Positions 21,245-29,533 of a stretch of 64,000 nt of DNA are shown piece after piece (position 1 is the first letter of the stretch; each line of letters begins with the position of its first letter). The translations under genes were made by a program, and so were the position numbers. The stretch is from contig CAWCKH010000003.1 in NCBI GenBank assembly GCA_963796055.1, positions 448,001 through 512,000 on the forward strand, in the 5' to 3' direction. The notes under the pieces were generated by a model. The model made no database searches and was not told the DNA's origin. It saw nothing but the letters and a program-made list of their open reading frames with translations. This DNA comes from an uncultured delta proteobacterium. GTDB taxonomy: Bacteria > Myxococcota > Myxococcia > Myxococcales > Myxococcaceae.

Positions 21245-21405
21245 GTTCCCACAAGACTTGTGTGGAAACTGGGGAGAACGCTGTGGACCGTGACAGGCAC
21301 GAGACGAGCGGATGGCAACCAACCGGGCGTGCAGAAGGTTTCAGCATCGAACACCTCCGAGTCAGCACGCGAGGTTAGGGCTCCGAAAAGGCCTACTTCT
21401 CCACA
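21245..21405. promoter_or_regulatory. Cluster of degenerate DnaA-box-like 9-mers
   Basis: GTTCCCACA 21245-53, TGTGGAAAC 21261-69, TGGGGAGAA 21270-78, TGTGGACCG 21282-90, TTCTCCACA 21397-405; each has 1-3 mismatches to TTATCCACA. Confidence 0.45.
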
Positions 21406-21510
21406 AGAGGACTGATCCTTCGTCCGGGTCTCCGGGATTTTCCCGGACGACGGGGTCGCGTGGGGGTCTCTCTTGACGGCCTGGGGGCTCGCCTGTAGGG
21501 AGGGCCGCCC

Positions 21511-21777
21511 GTGGCAAATACCAAGTCAGCTCAGAAGCGGAACCGGCAGGCGCTGAAGCGCCGGGCCCGGAACCAGGCGGTCCGGACGCAGGTGAAGTCG
21601 GCGGTGAAGAAGGTCCGCGAGGCGCTGTCCTCGAAGGACCCCGCCCGCCTCCAGGAGGCGCTCCGGGCTGTGGCCCGCACCTTGGACAAGGCCGCCAGCA
21701 AGGGCGTGCTGCACAAGAAGAACGCGAGCCGCCGCATCGCCCGCCTGGCCGCTGCGGCCCAGGCCGCACACGCCTAA
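21511..21777 (+). CDS. rpsT: 30S ribosomal protein S20
   Basis: MANTKSAQKRNRQ...DKAASKGVLHKKNASRR; upstream TTGACG (21473-78) and GGAGG. Confidence 0.98.
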   Translation: MANTKSAQKRNRQALKRRARNQAVRTQVKSAVKKVREALSSKDPARLQEALRAVARTLDKAASKGVLHKKNASRRIARLAAAAQAAHA

Positions 21778-21783
21778 CCACTC

Positions 21784-22287
21784 CTACCCGGTCTGCAGCC
21801 GCGCCACCGCGTCGGCGGCGAGCGTGCTCGCCAGTCGGCGAAGGGCGGCCTGACGGTTGGCCTCGGTGGTCAGCACGTCCGCTCGCAGCGCCGGCAGGTA
21901 GTCCTCCGTCCCGTTGACGTCGCTCATCGCCAGCAGCGTCTGGCCCCGGAACAGCCGGACCCGAAGGGTGGCCGACACGCGGTAGGTGAGCGCCGCCGAG
22001 GTGCCCGGAGCCAGCTGCGCCACCCCTGCGCCGACCGCGAGCAGCTCGCCCTCGAGCCGACCCTCGCTGCCCTCAGCGCCCAGATGCCCCGAGCGCGCCA
22101 GCTGCTCGCGCAGCGCCTCGGTGAAGACGCCCTCCAGCGCGGGCTCGGTGGTGCGGTTGACGACGACCGGGGCGAACACCTTCTGGATGCCCTGGGGAAA
22201 CCCCGCCCCGCCGGCGGTGAAGTGGTAGCCGCAGCCTGACTGGGCCAGGCAGGCCAGCCACAGCAGAGCCGCGCGCGCTCGCCTCAT
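21784..22287 (-). CDS. lptE: LPS assembly lipoprotein LptE family protein
   Basis: Lipobox-like QSGC followed by GYHF; NRTTEPALE; start overlaps the leuS stop, the conserved position for lptE. Confidence 0.82.
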   Translation of the reverse strand: MRRARAALLWLACLAQSGCGYHFTAGGAGFPQGIQKVFAPVVVNRTTEPALEGVFTEALREQLARSGHLGAEGSEGRLEGELLAVGAGVAQLAPGTSAALTYRVSATLRVRLFRGQTLLAMSDVNGTEDYLPALRADVLTTEANRQAALRRLASTLAADAVARLQTG

Positions 22288-24788
22288 CCGACGACGAAGT
22301 TGATCAGCCGCTTGGGGACGAAGACCACCTTGCGCAGCGCCTTGCCGGCCAGCGCCGCGCGGACCTTCTCCTCGCTCTCGGCGGCCGCCCGGACCTCGCT
22401 CTCGCCGGCGTCGGCGGCGATGCGGATCTCCCCGCGGAGCTTCCCGTTCACCTGGACGGCGTAGGGCAGCACCTCGTCGACGACGAGCGCCGGATCGAAG
22501 CTGGGCCAGCCCTGCGTGACCGTGGAGAGGCTGCCCGCGGGCCCGTAGACCTCGGCCACCGCGTCCGCGAGGTGGGGCGCGAACGGAGTCAGCAGCCGGG
22601 TGAGGAGCCGGACAGCCTCCCCCATCGCCGCCTTCTCCGCCGGGGTCTCCGGCCGCCCGGCCTCGTAGAGCGCGTTGACGAACTCCATGATGAAGGCGAT
22701 GGCGGTGTTGAAGGAGAGCCGCTCGATGGCCTCCCCCACCCGCTTCACGGCCTTGTGGGCGGCCCGGCGGATCTCCAGCGCCTTCCCCTCGAACGGGCCG
22801 TCGTACGTCGCCGTGGCGGCCACGTCCTGGTGGGCGGCGGCGAGCGCCCACAACCGGTTGAGGAACCGGTGGGCGCCCTGCATCTGCTTGTCGCTCCAGT
22901 CGAAGTCCTGCTCCGGCGGACCGGCGAAGAGCACGTAGGTGCGGACGGTGTCCGCGCCGTACTTCTCGACGAGGGTGGTCGGGGCGACGACGTTCCCCCA
23001 GCGCTTGGACATCTTTCGCCCGTCCGGGCCGTTGACGATGCCCTGGGTGACCAGCCGGGTCACCGGCTCGTCGGTCGGGACGAGCCCGAAAATCTTCATC
23101 CATCGGCTCCAGAACCGGAAATAGAGCAGGTGCATGACGGCGTGCTCGGGACCGCCGACGTAGATGTCCACCGGGAGCCAGCGCCGTGCCAGCGCCGGGT
23201 CGAACGGCGCCCGGTCGAAGTGCGGCGAGAGGTAGCGCGCCTGGTACCAGCTCGAGTCCACGAAGTTGTCCATCGTCTCCACCTCGCGGCGCGCGGGGCC
23301 GCCGCACCGGGGGCAGGTGGTCTCCACGAAGGACTTCACCTTGGCCAGCGGCGGCTCACCCTTCCCGGTGAGCACCGCCTGGGTATCGATGTCCGGCAGC
23401 CGCACCGGGAGCTGCTCGTCCGGCAAGGGGATGCCCTTCCGCTCCGGGTCGCACCGCTCGCAGTAGACGATGGGGATGGGGGTGGCCCAGTACCGCTGGC
23501 GGCTGAACCCCCAATCTTTTTGCCGGTAAGTCACGGTGGGCTTTCCCAGTCCGCGCTGCTCGAGCGCCTGGCCCATCCGCCGGCGCGCCTCCTCGGAGGG
23601 GAGCCCCGTGTACTCGCCCGAGTCGACGAGGATGCCGTCGTCGTTGAATGACCCGGTCCAGCTCTCGACCGGGCCGAGGTCTCGCCCGTCGGCCGGCCGG
23701 ATCACCTGCTTGATGGCGAGCCCGTACGCCCGGGCGAAGGCGAAGTCGCGCGTGTCGTGGGCCGGGACGGCCATGAGCGCGCCGGTGCCGTAGTCGCTGA
23801 GGACGAAGTTGGCGACCCAGATGGGCACGGGCTGGCCGGAGAAGGGATTCGTGGCGTGGGCGCCGGTGAAGACGCCCTCCTTCGGGGCACCCTCGGCGGT
23901 GCGCTCGATCTTGCCCATCGCCGCCATCCGGGCGGCGAAGGCCTCCACCTCGGCTTTCCGGCTGGGGGCGGTGAGGCTCGGGACCATCGGGTGGTCGGGG
24001 GCGAGCACCAGTGCCGTGGCGCCGTACACGGTGTCGATGCGGGTGGTGAAGACGCGGATGGGGCGGCCGTCCGCGGTCTGGAAGTCCGCCTCGGCGCCCA
24101 CGCTCTTGCCGATCCAGTTCCGCTGCGCGGAGGTGATGCGCTCGGGCCAGGCGGTGAGCGTGTCCAGCGCCTGGAGGAGGTCCTCGCTGTTCCGGGTGAT
24201 GCGGAACGCCCACTCGGGCATCTGGCGGTCCACCACCGGCGAGTCACAGCGCTCGCAGCGGCCGTCCTTCACCTGCTCGTTGGCGATGACGGTGAGGCAG
24301 CCGGTGCACCAGTTCACCTTGCTGAACCGGCGGTACACCATGTCCCGCTCCCAGAGCCGGAGGAAGAACCACTGGTTCCACCGGTAGTACTCGGGATCGC
24401 TGGTGTTGACCTCGCGGCTCCAGTCGTAGGCGAAGCCGAGCGACTTCATGGCTGCGCGGAAGCGGTCGATGTTCTCCCGGGTGCGCACCGCCGGGTGGAC
24501 GCCGTCCTTGATCGCAGCGTTCTCGGCCGGAAGCCCGAAGGCGTCCCATCCCATCGGGTGCAGGACGTCGAAGCCGCGCATCCGGTAGTAGCGGGCGTAG
24601 ACGTCGCCGATCAGGTAGTTGCGGACGTGCCCCATGTGCATCGAGCCGCTGGGGTACGGCAGCATCTCCAGCACGTACTTCTTCGGCGCGTCGGGACGGG
24701 CGTCGGCGCGGAACAGGCCGGCCTTTTCCCAGCGCTCCTGCCAGGTGGGCTCGATGGACTTCGGGTCGTACCGCTCGCTGAGCTTCAT
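22284..24788 (-). CDS. leuS: Leucyl-tRNA synthetase
   Basis: MLPYPSGSMHMGHVRNY, GWDAFGLPAENAA, YGTGALMAVPAHD, SRQRYW, KMSKR, VQVNGKLRG. Confidence 0.98.
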   Translation of the reverse strand: MKLSERYDPKSIEPTWQERWEKAGLFRADARPDAPKKYVLEMLPYPSGSMHMGHVRNYLIGDVYARYYRMRGFDVLHPMGWDAFGLPAENAAIKDGVHPAVRTRENIDRFRAAMKSLGFAYDWSREVNTSDPEYYRWNQWFFLRLWERDMVYRRFSKVNWCTGCLTVIANEQVKDGRCERCDSPVVDRQMPEWAFRITRNSEDLLQALDTLTAWPERITSAQRNWIGKSVGAEADFQTADGRPIRVFTTRIDTVYGATALVLAPDHPMVPSLTAPSRKAEVEAFAARMAAMGKIERTAEGAPKEGVFTGAHATNPFSGQPVPIWVANFVLSDYGTGALMAVPAHDTRDFAFARAYGLAIKQVIRPADGRDLGPVESWTGSFNDDGILVDSGEYTGLPSEEARRRMGQALEQRGLGKPTVTYRQKDWGFSRQRYWATPIPIVYCERCDPERKGIPLPDEQLPVRLPDIDTQAVLTGKGEPPLAKVKSFVETTCPRCGGPARREVETMDNFVDSSWYQARYLSPHFDRAPFDPALARRWLPVDIYVGGPEHAVMHLLYFRFWSRWMKIFGLVPTDEPVTRLVTQGIVNGPDGRKMSKRWGNVVAPTTLVEKYGADTVRTYVLFAGPPEQDFDWSDKQMQGAHRFLNRLWALAAAHQDVAATATYDGPFEGKALEIRRAAHKAVKRVGEAIERLSFNTAIAFIMEFVNALYEAGRPETPAEKAAMGEAVRLLTRLLTPFAPHLADAVAEVYGPAGSLSTVTQGWPSFDPALVVDEVLPYAVQVNGKLRGEIRIAADAGESEVRAAAESEEKVRAALAGKALRKVVFVPKRLINFVVG

Positions 24789-24868
24789 GGGGTGATCCGA
24801 CGGTCCTACCCGGCACGCCCCCCGGGGTGCAACGTTTCGCCCCTGCTCGGTGGTAGAGAGCCCCTCCC

Positions 24869-26173
24869 ATGGCAACCCCCGTCGTCACCATCCGGGACAT
24901 CGCCGCGTACGAGAACCAGGAGATCGAGCTGCGCGGCTGGCTCTACAACAAGCGGAGCAGCGGCAAGCTCCACTTTCTTCAAGTCCGGGACGGCACCGGG
25001 GTCATCCAGGCGGTGGTCTTCAAGAACGACGTGCCCCCCGAGCAGTTCACCCGGGCCGACCACCTGGGCCAGGAGACGGCGCTCATCGTCCGGGGGCTGG
25101 TGCGAAAGGATGCCCGGAGCCCCATCGGGTACGAGCTCTCGGTGAAGCACCTGGAAGTCGTCTCCGAGGCCAAGGACTACCCCATCACCCCCAAGGAGCA
25201 CGGGGTGGCCTACCTCATGGAGCACCGCCACCTGTGGCTCCGGTCGGTCCGGCAGAACGTCATCCTCCGGGTCCGGGCGACGGTGGAGAAGGCCATCCGG
25301 GACTACTTCGACGGCAACGGCTTCACCTTGGTGGACGCGCCCATCTTCACCCCCGCGGCCTGCGAAGGGACGAGCACGCTCTTCACCGTCCCCTACTTCG
25401 ACCTCGGCAACGCCTACCTGACCCAGTCGGGCCAGCTGTACATGGAGGCTGCGGCGGCGGCGCTGGGGAAGGTCTACTGCTTCGGCCCCACCTTCCGGGC
25501 GGAGAAGAGCAAGACCCGGCGGCACCTGACCGAGTTCTGGATGGTGGAGCCCGAGGTCGCGTACATGACCCTGGAGGAGGACATGGTCCTCGCCGAGGAA
25601 CTGGTCTCGTTCATCGTCAGCCGGGTGCTGGAGAAGCACGAGAAGGAGCTGGTCAGCGTCCTGGAGCGGGACGTGAGCAAGCTGAAGAACGTCCAGGCAC
25701 CCTTCCCCCGCATCACCTACGAGGAGGCCATCGACCGGCTCCGGGCCGCCGGGCATCCCGCGAAGTTCGGCGACGACTTCGGCGGAGACGAGGAGACGGT
25801 CCTGGCGAGTCAATTCGACCGGCCTTTGATCGTCCACCGCTACCCGGTCGAGCTGAAGGCCTTCTACTTCAAGCACGACGCGAACGACCCGCGCCTGGCG
25901 CTCGGCATGGACGTGCTCGCGCCCGAGGGGTACGGGGAGATCATCGGCGGCGGGCAGCGCGAGGATGATCTCGAGGCGCTCGAGCGGCGCATCGCCGAGC
26001 ACCACCTCCCGCGGGAGGCGTTCACCTGGTACCTGGACCTCCGGAAGTACGGAACGGTGCCGCACGCGGGCTTCGGCCTCGGGGTGGAGCGCACGGTGGC
26101 CTGGGTCTGCGGGCTCCACCACGTCCGGGAGACGATCCCCTTCGCCCGGATGATGGAGCGGATCACCCCCTAG
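24869..26173 (+). CDS. asnS: Asparaginyl-tRNA synthetase
   Basis: [56 protein letters not shown]. Confidence 0.97.
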   Translation: MATPVVTIRDIAAYENQEIELRGWLYNKRSSGKLHFLQVRDGTGVIQAVVFKNDVPPEQFTRADHLGQETALIVRGLVRKDARSPIGYELSVKHLEVVSEAKDYPITPKEHGVAYLMEHRHLWLRSVRQNVILRVRATVEKAIRDYFDGNGFTLVDAPIFTPAACEGTSTLFTVPYFDLGNAYLTQSGQLYMEAAAAALGKVYCFGPTFRAEKSKTRRHLTEFWMVEPEVAYMTLEEDMVLAEELVSFIVSRVLEKHEKELVSVLERDVSKLKNVQAPFPRITYEEAIDRLRAAGHPAKFGDDFGGDEETVLASQFDRPLIVHRYPVELKAFYFKHDANDPRLALGMDVLAPEGYGEIIGGGQREDDLEALERRIAEHHLPREAFTWYLDLRKYGTVPHAGFGLGVERTVAWVCGLHHVRETIPFARMMERITP

Positions 26174-26180
26174 CTGGCCG

Positions 26181-27722
26181 TCACTCGAATCGGAGATCGT
26201 CCATCGGCACGGGCACCGCGTTCCAGCCCGTGTTGCAGCGGCCGCCCGGGTTGGCGTACGCGAAGTCGAACACCGGCTGGTGCGTGGAATCGAGCCCGAT
26301 GATGCGGGTGGTGGTACCACCGTCCGAGACAGCGTAGTCGACCAGCACCGACTGATCCTTGCCCTCATAGGCGCTCGAGCACACCCGCGAGTAGAGTCCG
26401 TTGTCGAACTGCCAGACGATGCGCGCGGTCATCGTTCCCGGATCGATCGCGTAGGCGGAGACGAAGCTGCGGTCACGGTTCTCGCCCTTCGGCCCGCCGT
26501 CGGGCACGTGCTGGCTGTTGAAGCCGTCGTCGAATAACAGCAACAGCCCGTCGGAGGTGATGGAGGTCGAGTGCTGGCCGATGGGGTACGGCCCGCCGTC
26601 AGGCACGTGGAGCGCTTTGGCACGCAGCGACGGGTACTTGCCCCAGAGCTTCGTGGGGTCACCGAGGATCCAGCGGACGTCGCCGCTCCCGTAGCCGACC
26701 TTGATCAGGAACTGCTCCCGGCTGGAGACGATGACCGAATCGTCACTCGGGTCGTAGGTGGCGGCGTTCAAGTGGAACCAGTCGTCGTCCGGACGCACCA
26801 GCTGGCTCGGGTCGTCGCCCCGGCTGGTCATGTAGTCGCCGAGGATCTGCACCATGTCCCAGGTCTTGATGAGCGTGCCATCGGGAGCCATCTCCGCCAG
26901 GAGCGACCCCCCGCCGCTGGTGTTGTCGACCTCGACGAGCAGTCCCTGCTTGCCGGGATCGATGTTGTGATGGAACGCCGTGACCGTGGGGTCCGCAACG
27001 GAGCCGGCCCGGAGGGTTCCGTCGAGCTCCACCCTCTGGAACGTGGGGTGCTTGGTGTCTCCGACCACGAACCCGTTGTCGGTGAAGATGACCGACATCG
27101 AGGGTGCGTTCGTCCCGACCCAGCGAATGACCGCGTCGGTGTCGATGATGACGACCGGCGCGATGTACGACTTCATGGCGAAGAAGTCGATCCCCAGCGT
27201 GCTCCCCGCTGGACGCGCCTTGAGGATGGTGGGGTGGTCGTAGATCCCGGTCGAATCCATGTAAGGAGCCGTGGAGATCTCCAGCGGCAAGCGCTGGGTC
27301 GCCCCGTCCCGGAAGGTCAGCTCCACGGAGCCGGTGTTGTCGTACCCGGCGTAGAGGCCGAAGACGGGCACCGTCACCCCGGCGTCAACGACGTAGCCGC
27401 GGGCCTGCAGGGCCCCGATGCTGTAGCTGGCGGACACCGGCTTCGAGGCCGATCCCGGCTTGGGATCGACGGTGAACGCAAGGTCGGTCACGTCGGGGAG
27501 CGAGGTCCCTCCGAGCGTGACCAGAGCGATGAACGGCGTCCGGCCGGCATCCTGGCCGAGAATCGCCACGTCGCGTGGAGCCCCAGCGTCCGGCGCGCCG
27601 CCGTCGCCGCTCACCGAAGCATCCGCCGTGGAGCCCGTCGGGGGACCGCTCGCCTTGTCGTCGCCGCATGCGGCGAGCAGCCCGAAGCACACCGCCACGA
27701 CCAGACCATTCGCCACCCGCAT
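26181..27722 (-). CDS. Aryl-sulfate sulfotransferase family lipoprotein
   Basis: Lipobox LAAC; Ig-like N-terminal region with VPVFGLYAGYDN; FHHNI, DWFHLNA, SSREQ, WILG, GQHS motifs. Confidence 0.82.
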   Translation of the reverse strand: MRVANGLVVAVCFGLLAACGDDKASGPPTGSTADASVSGDGGAPDAGAPRDVAILGQDAGRTPFIALVTLGGTSLPDVTDLAFTVDPKPGSASKPVSASYSIGALQARGYVVDAGVTVPVFGLYAGYDNTGSVELTFRDGATQRLPLEISTAPYMDSTGIYDHPTILKARPAGSTLGIDFFAMKSYIAPVVIIDTDAVIRWVGTNAPSMSVIFTDNGFVVGDTKHPTFQRVELDGTLRAGSVADPTVTAFHHNIDPGKQGLLVEVDNTSGGGSLLAEMAPDGTLIKTWDMVQILGDYMTSRGDDPSQLVRPDDDWFHLNAATYDPSDDSVIVSSREQFLIKVGYGSGDVRWILGDPTKLWGKYPSLRAKALHVPDGGPYPIGQHSTSITSDGLLLLFDDGFNSQHVPDGGPKGENRDRSFVSAYAIDPGTMTARIVWQFDNGLYSRVCSSAYEGKDQSVLVDYAVSDGGTTTRIIGLDSTHQPVFDFAYANPGGRCNTGWNAVPVPMDDLRFE

Positions 27723-28137
27723 CCCCGCCGCCCTCCGATGCTCCGGCCGGCCAGCCTGCCGGATGGCGGCAAGTTAGGTGCGGGCCTCCAGCCGACCGCT
27801 TCGGCGCGAGCGCGGTGTCATCTTTCAAACCGGATTGCGCCTGGCTCTTCCTCGGGGGGCGAGGGAGCTAGCACGGGGTGGGGGGCGCGAGGGTCAGGGT
27901 GAGGTGTACCGCCCGGTCACCGGGACACGGCCACGCAGGTCACGACCCACCTCGGTCCGGAGAACGGGCTCGGGGCCCAGGGCCACACGACGAGGACGAC
28001 CGCGACCACGGTTACTGCTGCAATCGCCCGGGTGCTGCCCTGCCAGCGCAGGTCCGCGAGTCTGCCACGCTCCTGGCATCGCGGGGCTTGCACCCAGGGC
28101 AACTCGGGATGCTGATCCGGAAGGCGCGGGAGGTGTC

Positions 28138-29295
28138 ATGAACCACTCCTGGCTGTCCGCTGCTCTGGCCGTGCTGCTTCCCTTGTCCGGGGTCGCGGCG
28201 GAGCCGGGCTACCTCCGCCTGAAGCGCACGGAGATCATCGACCGGCACGGGTTCGAGAAGCCGATGCCGGCGTTCTCTGTGCTCATCCCCTCCGACTGGA
28301 AGTTCGACGGCGAGGTCCGCTACGCGCAGCGGGTCGGGAACCCGGAGGATCTGGCGCGGCTCGCGTTCCGCGCGACGAGCCCGGACGGGCGCCTGGCGGT
28401 CGAGATGTTCCCGGGCTGGAGCTGGACCTGGGCCGACGACCCCACGATACGTCGGGCGATGCAGAGCCAGAACGCCATGACCGCCCAGATGGGGGGCGCA
28501 CGCGCCGAGATCGGCCCTCCGATGAGCGCGCGCGACTTCCTCACCCGGGTCGCCGTGCCCCGGTTCCGGCCCGGGGCGAAGGTGCTGGGGATCGAGCCCA
28601 TCCCCGACCTCGACCAGGCGCTCCAGGCCCAGGTCAAGCAGGCGCAGACGATGGCGGCACAGGCCGGCGTCCAGATGCGGCTCAAGGCGGACCAGGCCCG
28701 GGCGCGCATCCAGCTCACCTCCGGGAAAGGCCCGGCCGAGGAGTGGATCACCGCGGTGGTGTACGTCCGGGCGACGGCGATGCCCTCGATGAATCCCGCC
28801 ACCGGCCAGATGGTGCAGTCGGCGATGTACCAGTCGAGCGCCGAGTCGCTGTTCGGGCTCCGCGCCCCTCCCGGCGAGCTCCCCGCGCACGAGAAGCTGT
28901 TCCACGCCGTGGTCTCGACGGCCCGGGTCGACCCCGTCTGGCAGGCTCGCGTCACGCAGGTCCAGCTCAACATGCAGGCCGCGAACATCCAGGGGGCCCG
29001 CGACCGCTCGCGGATCATCGCCCAGTCGGCCGAGGACACCCGGCGGACCATCAAGGAGGGCTACGAGGCCCGGCAAAAGTCCGAGGACCGGAACGCCGAG
29101 CGATGGAGCGACGCGATGCGCGGCTTGCAGACCTACCGGAACCCGAGCACCGGCGAGGACGTCAAGCTCGACAACTCCTATGCCCACGCCTGGGCCAGCG
29201 GAAACGGCGAGTACGTCCTCAGCAACGCGCCCGGGTTCAACCCGGGGCAAGTGCTCCAGGGGAACTGGACGGAGCTCCAGCCGATCCGGCGCTGA
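28138..29295 (+). CDS. Secreted hypothetical protein
   Basis: GGAGG RBS, ATG 28138, signal peptide MNHSWLSAALAVLLPLSGVAA, strong GC3 codon bias. No function recognised. Confidence 0.75.
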   Translation: MNHSWLSAALAVLLPLSGVAAEPGYLRLKRTEIIDRHGFEKPMPAFSVLIPSDWKFDGEVRYAQRVGNPEDLARLAFRATSPDGRLAVEMFPGWSWTWADDPTIRRAMQSQNAMTAQMGGARAEIGPPMSARDFLTRVAVPRFRPGAKVLGIEPIPDLDQALQAQVKQAQTMAAQAGVQMRLKADQARARIQLTSGKGPAEEWITAVVYVRATAMPSMNPATGQMVQSAMYQSSAESLFGLRAPPGELPAHEKLFHAVVSTARVDPVWQARVTQVQLNMQAANIQGARDRSRIIAQSAEDTRRTIKEGYEARQKSEDRNAERWSDAMRGLQTYRNPSTGEDVKLDNSYAHAWASGNGEYVLSNAPGFNPGQVLQGNWTELQPIRR

Positions 29296-29307
29296 CCGGG
29301 CCGTGGG

Positions 29308-29337
29308 TTGACACCGGCCAATCCGCCCCGTTATTGC
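29308..29337 (+). promoter_or_regulatory. Putative promoter of the Thr leader/thrS unit
   Basis: Perfect TTGACA at 29308-13, and the only AT-rich patch nearby (TTATTGC) 17-18 nt downstream; imperfect -10. Confidence 0.5.
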
Positions 29338-29345
29338 TTCCCTCC

Positions 29346-29423
29346 GTGAGGAATCTCGTCACCACCACCACGACCACCACCCGCGAGGCGGGTCGGAGCG
29401 TCGTGTGTGCGTCGGTGGCCTGA
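29346..29423 (+). CDS. Threonine-rich leader peptide (MRNLVTTTTTTTREAGRSVVCASVA)
   Basis: GTG AGG AAT CTC GTC ACC ACC ACC ACG ACC ACC ACC CGC...GCC TGA: seven tandem Thr codons (29361-81), ending 110 nt before a ThrRS gene. Confidence 0.88.
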   Translation: MRNLVTTTTTTTREAGRSVVCASVA

Positions 29424-29488
29424 CCTCGAGCACGCCGTCCCCGTCCCGCCCGTGGTTCCGGCGGGGCGCCCTGCTCGAGGCCTTCTTC
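29379..29488 (+). promoter_or_regulatory. Ribosome-mediated attenuator (alternative hairpins)
   Basis: 1:2 ACCCGC(29379-84)/GCGGGT(29388-93); 2:3 GGCGGGTCGG(29387-96)/CCGTCCCGCC(29441-50); 3:4 CGTCCCGCC(29442-50)/GGCGGGGCG(29460-68), enclosed by CCTCGAGCA(29424-32)/TGCTCGAGG(29472-80) and followed by CCTTCTTC. Confidence 0.78.
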
Positions 29489-29533
29489 ACCGTCCTGCCG
29501 GTCACCCGGGCCTCACCACACCGGAGCTCGACC

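Noticed and set aside
21225..21510. Chromosomal origin oriC
   Set aside because: The boxes are degenerate, with no AT-rich unwinding region and no dnaA, dnaN or gidA nearby. Kept only as a DnaA-box-like cluster.
21777..21790. holA missing after leuS-lptE
   Set aside because: holA position varies between lineages and no remnant is visible; uninformative without the rest of the genome.
23000..23014. LeuRS KMSKR instead of KMSKS
   Set aside because: Single substitution at a variable position; the catalytic lysine is retained.
29361..29381. (ACC)n as a simple microsatellite or contingency repeat
   Set aside because: It is interrupted by a synonymous ACG, is in frame in a short ORF and precedes thrS, so the selection appears to be on Thr codons.
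29405..29533. N-terminal extension of thrS in the ORF track
   Set aside because: It spans the attenuator hairpins. GGAG plus ATG at 29534 and the start of homology indicate the real start.
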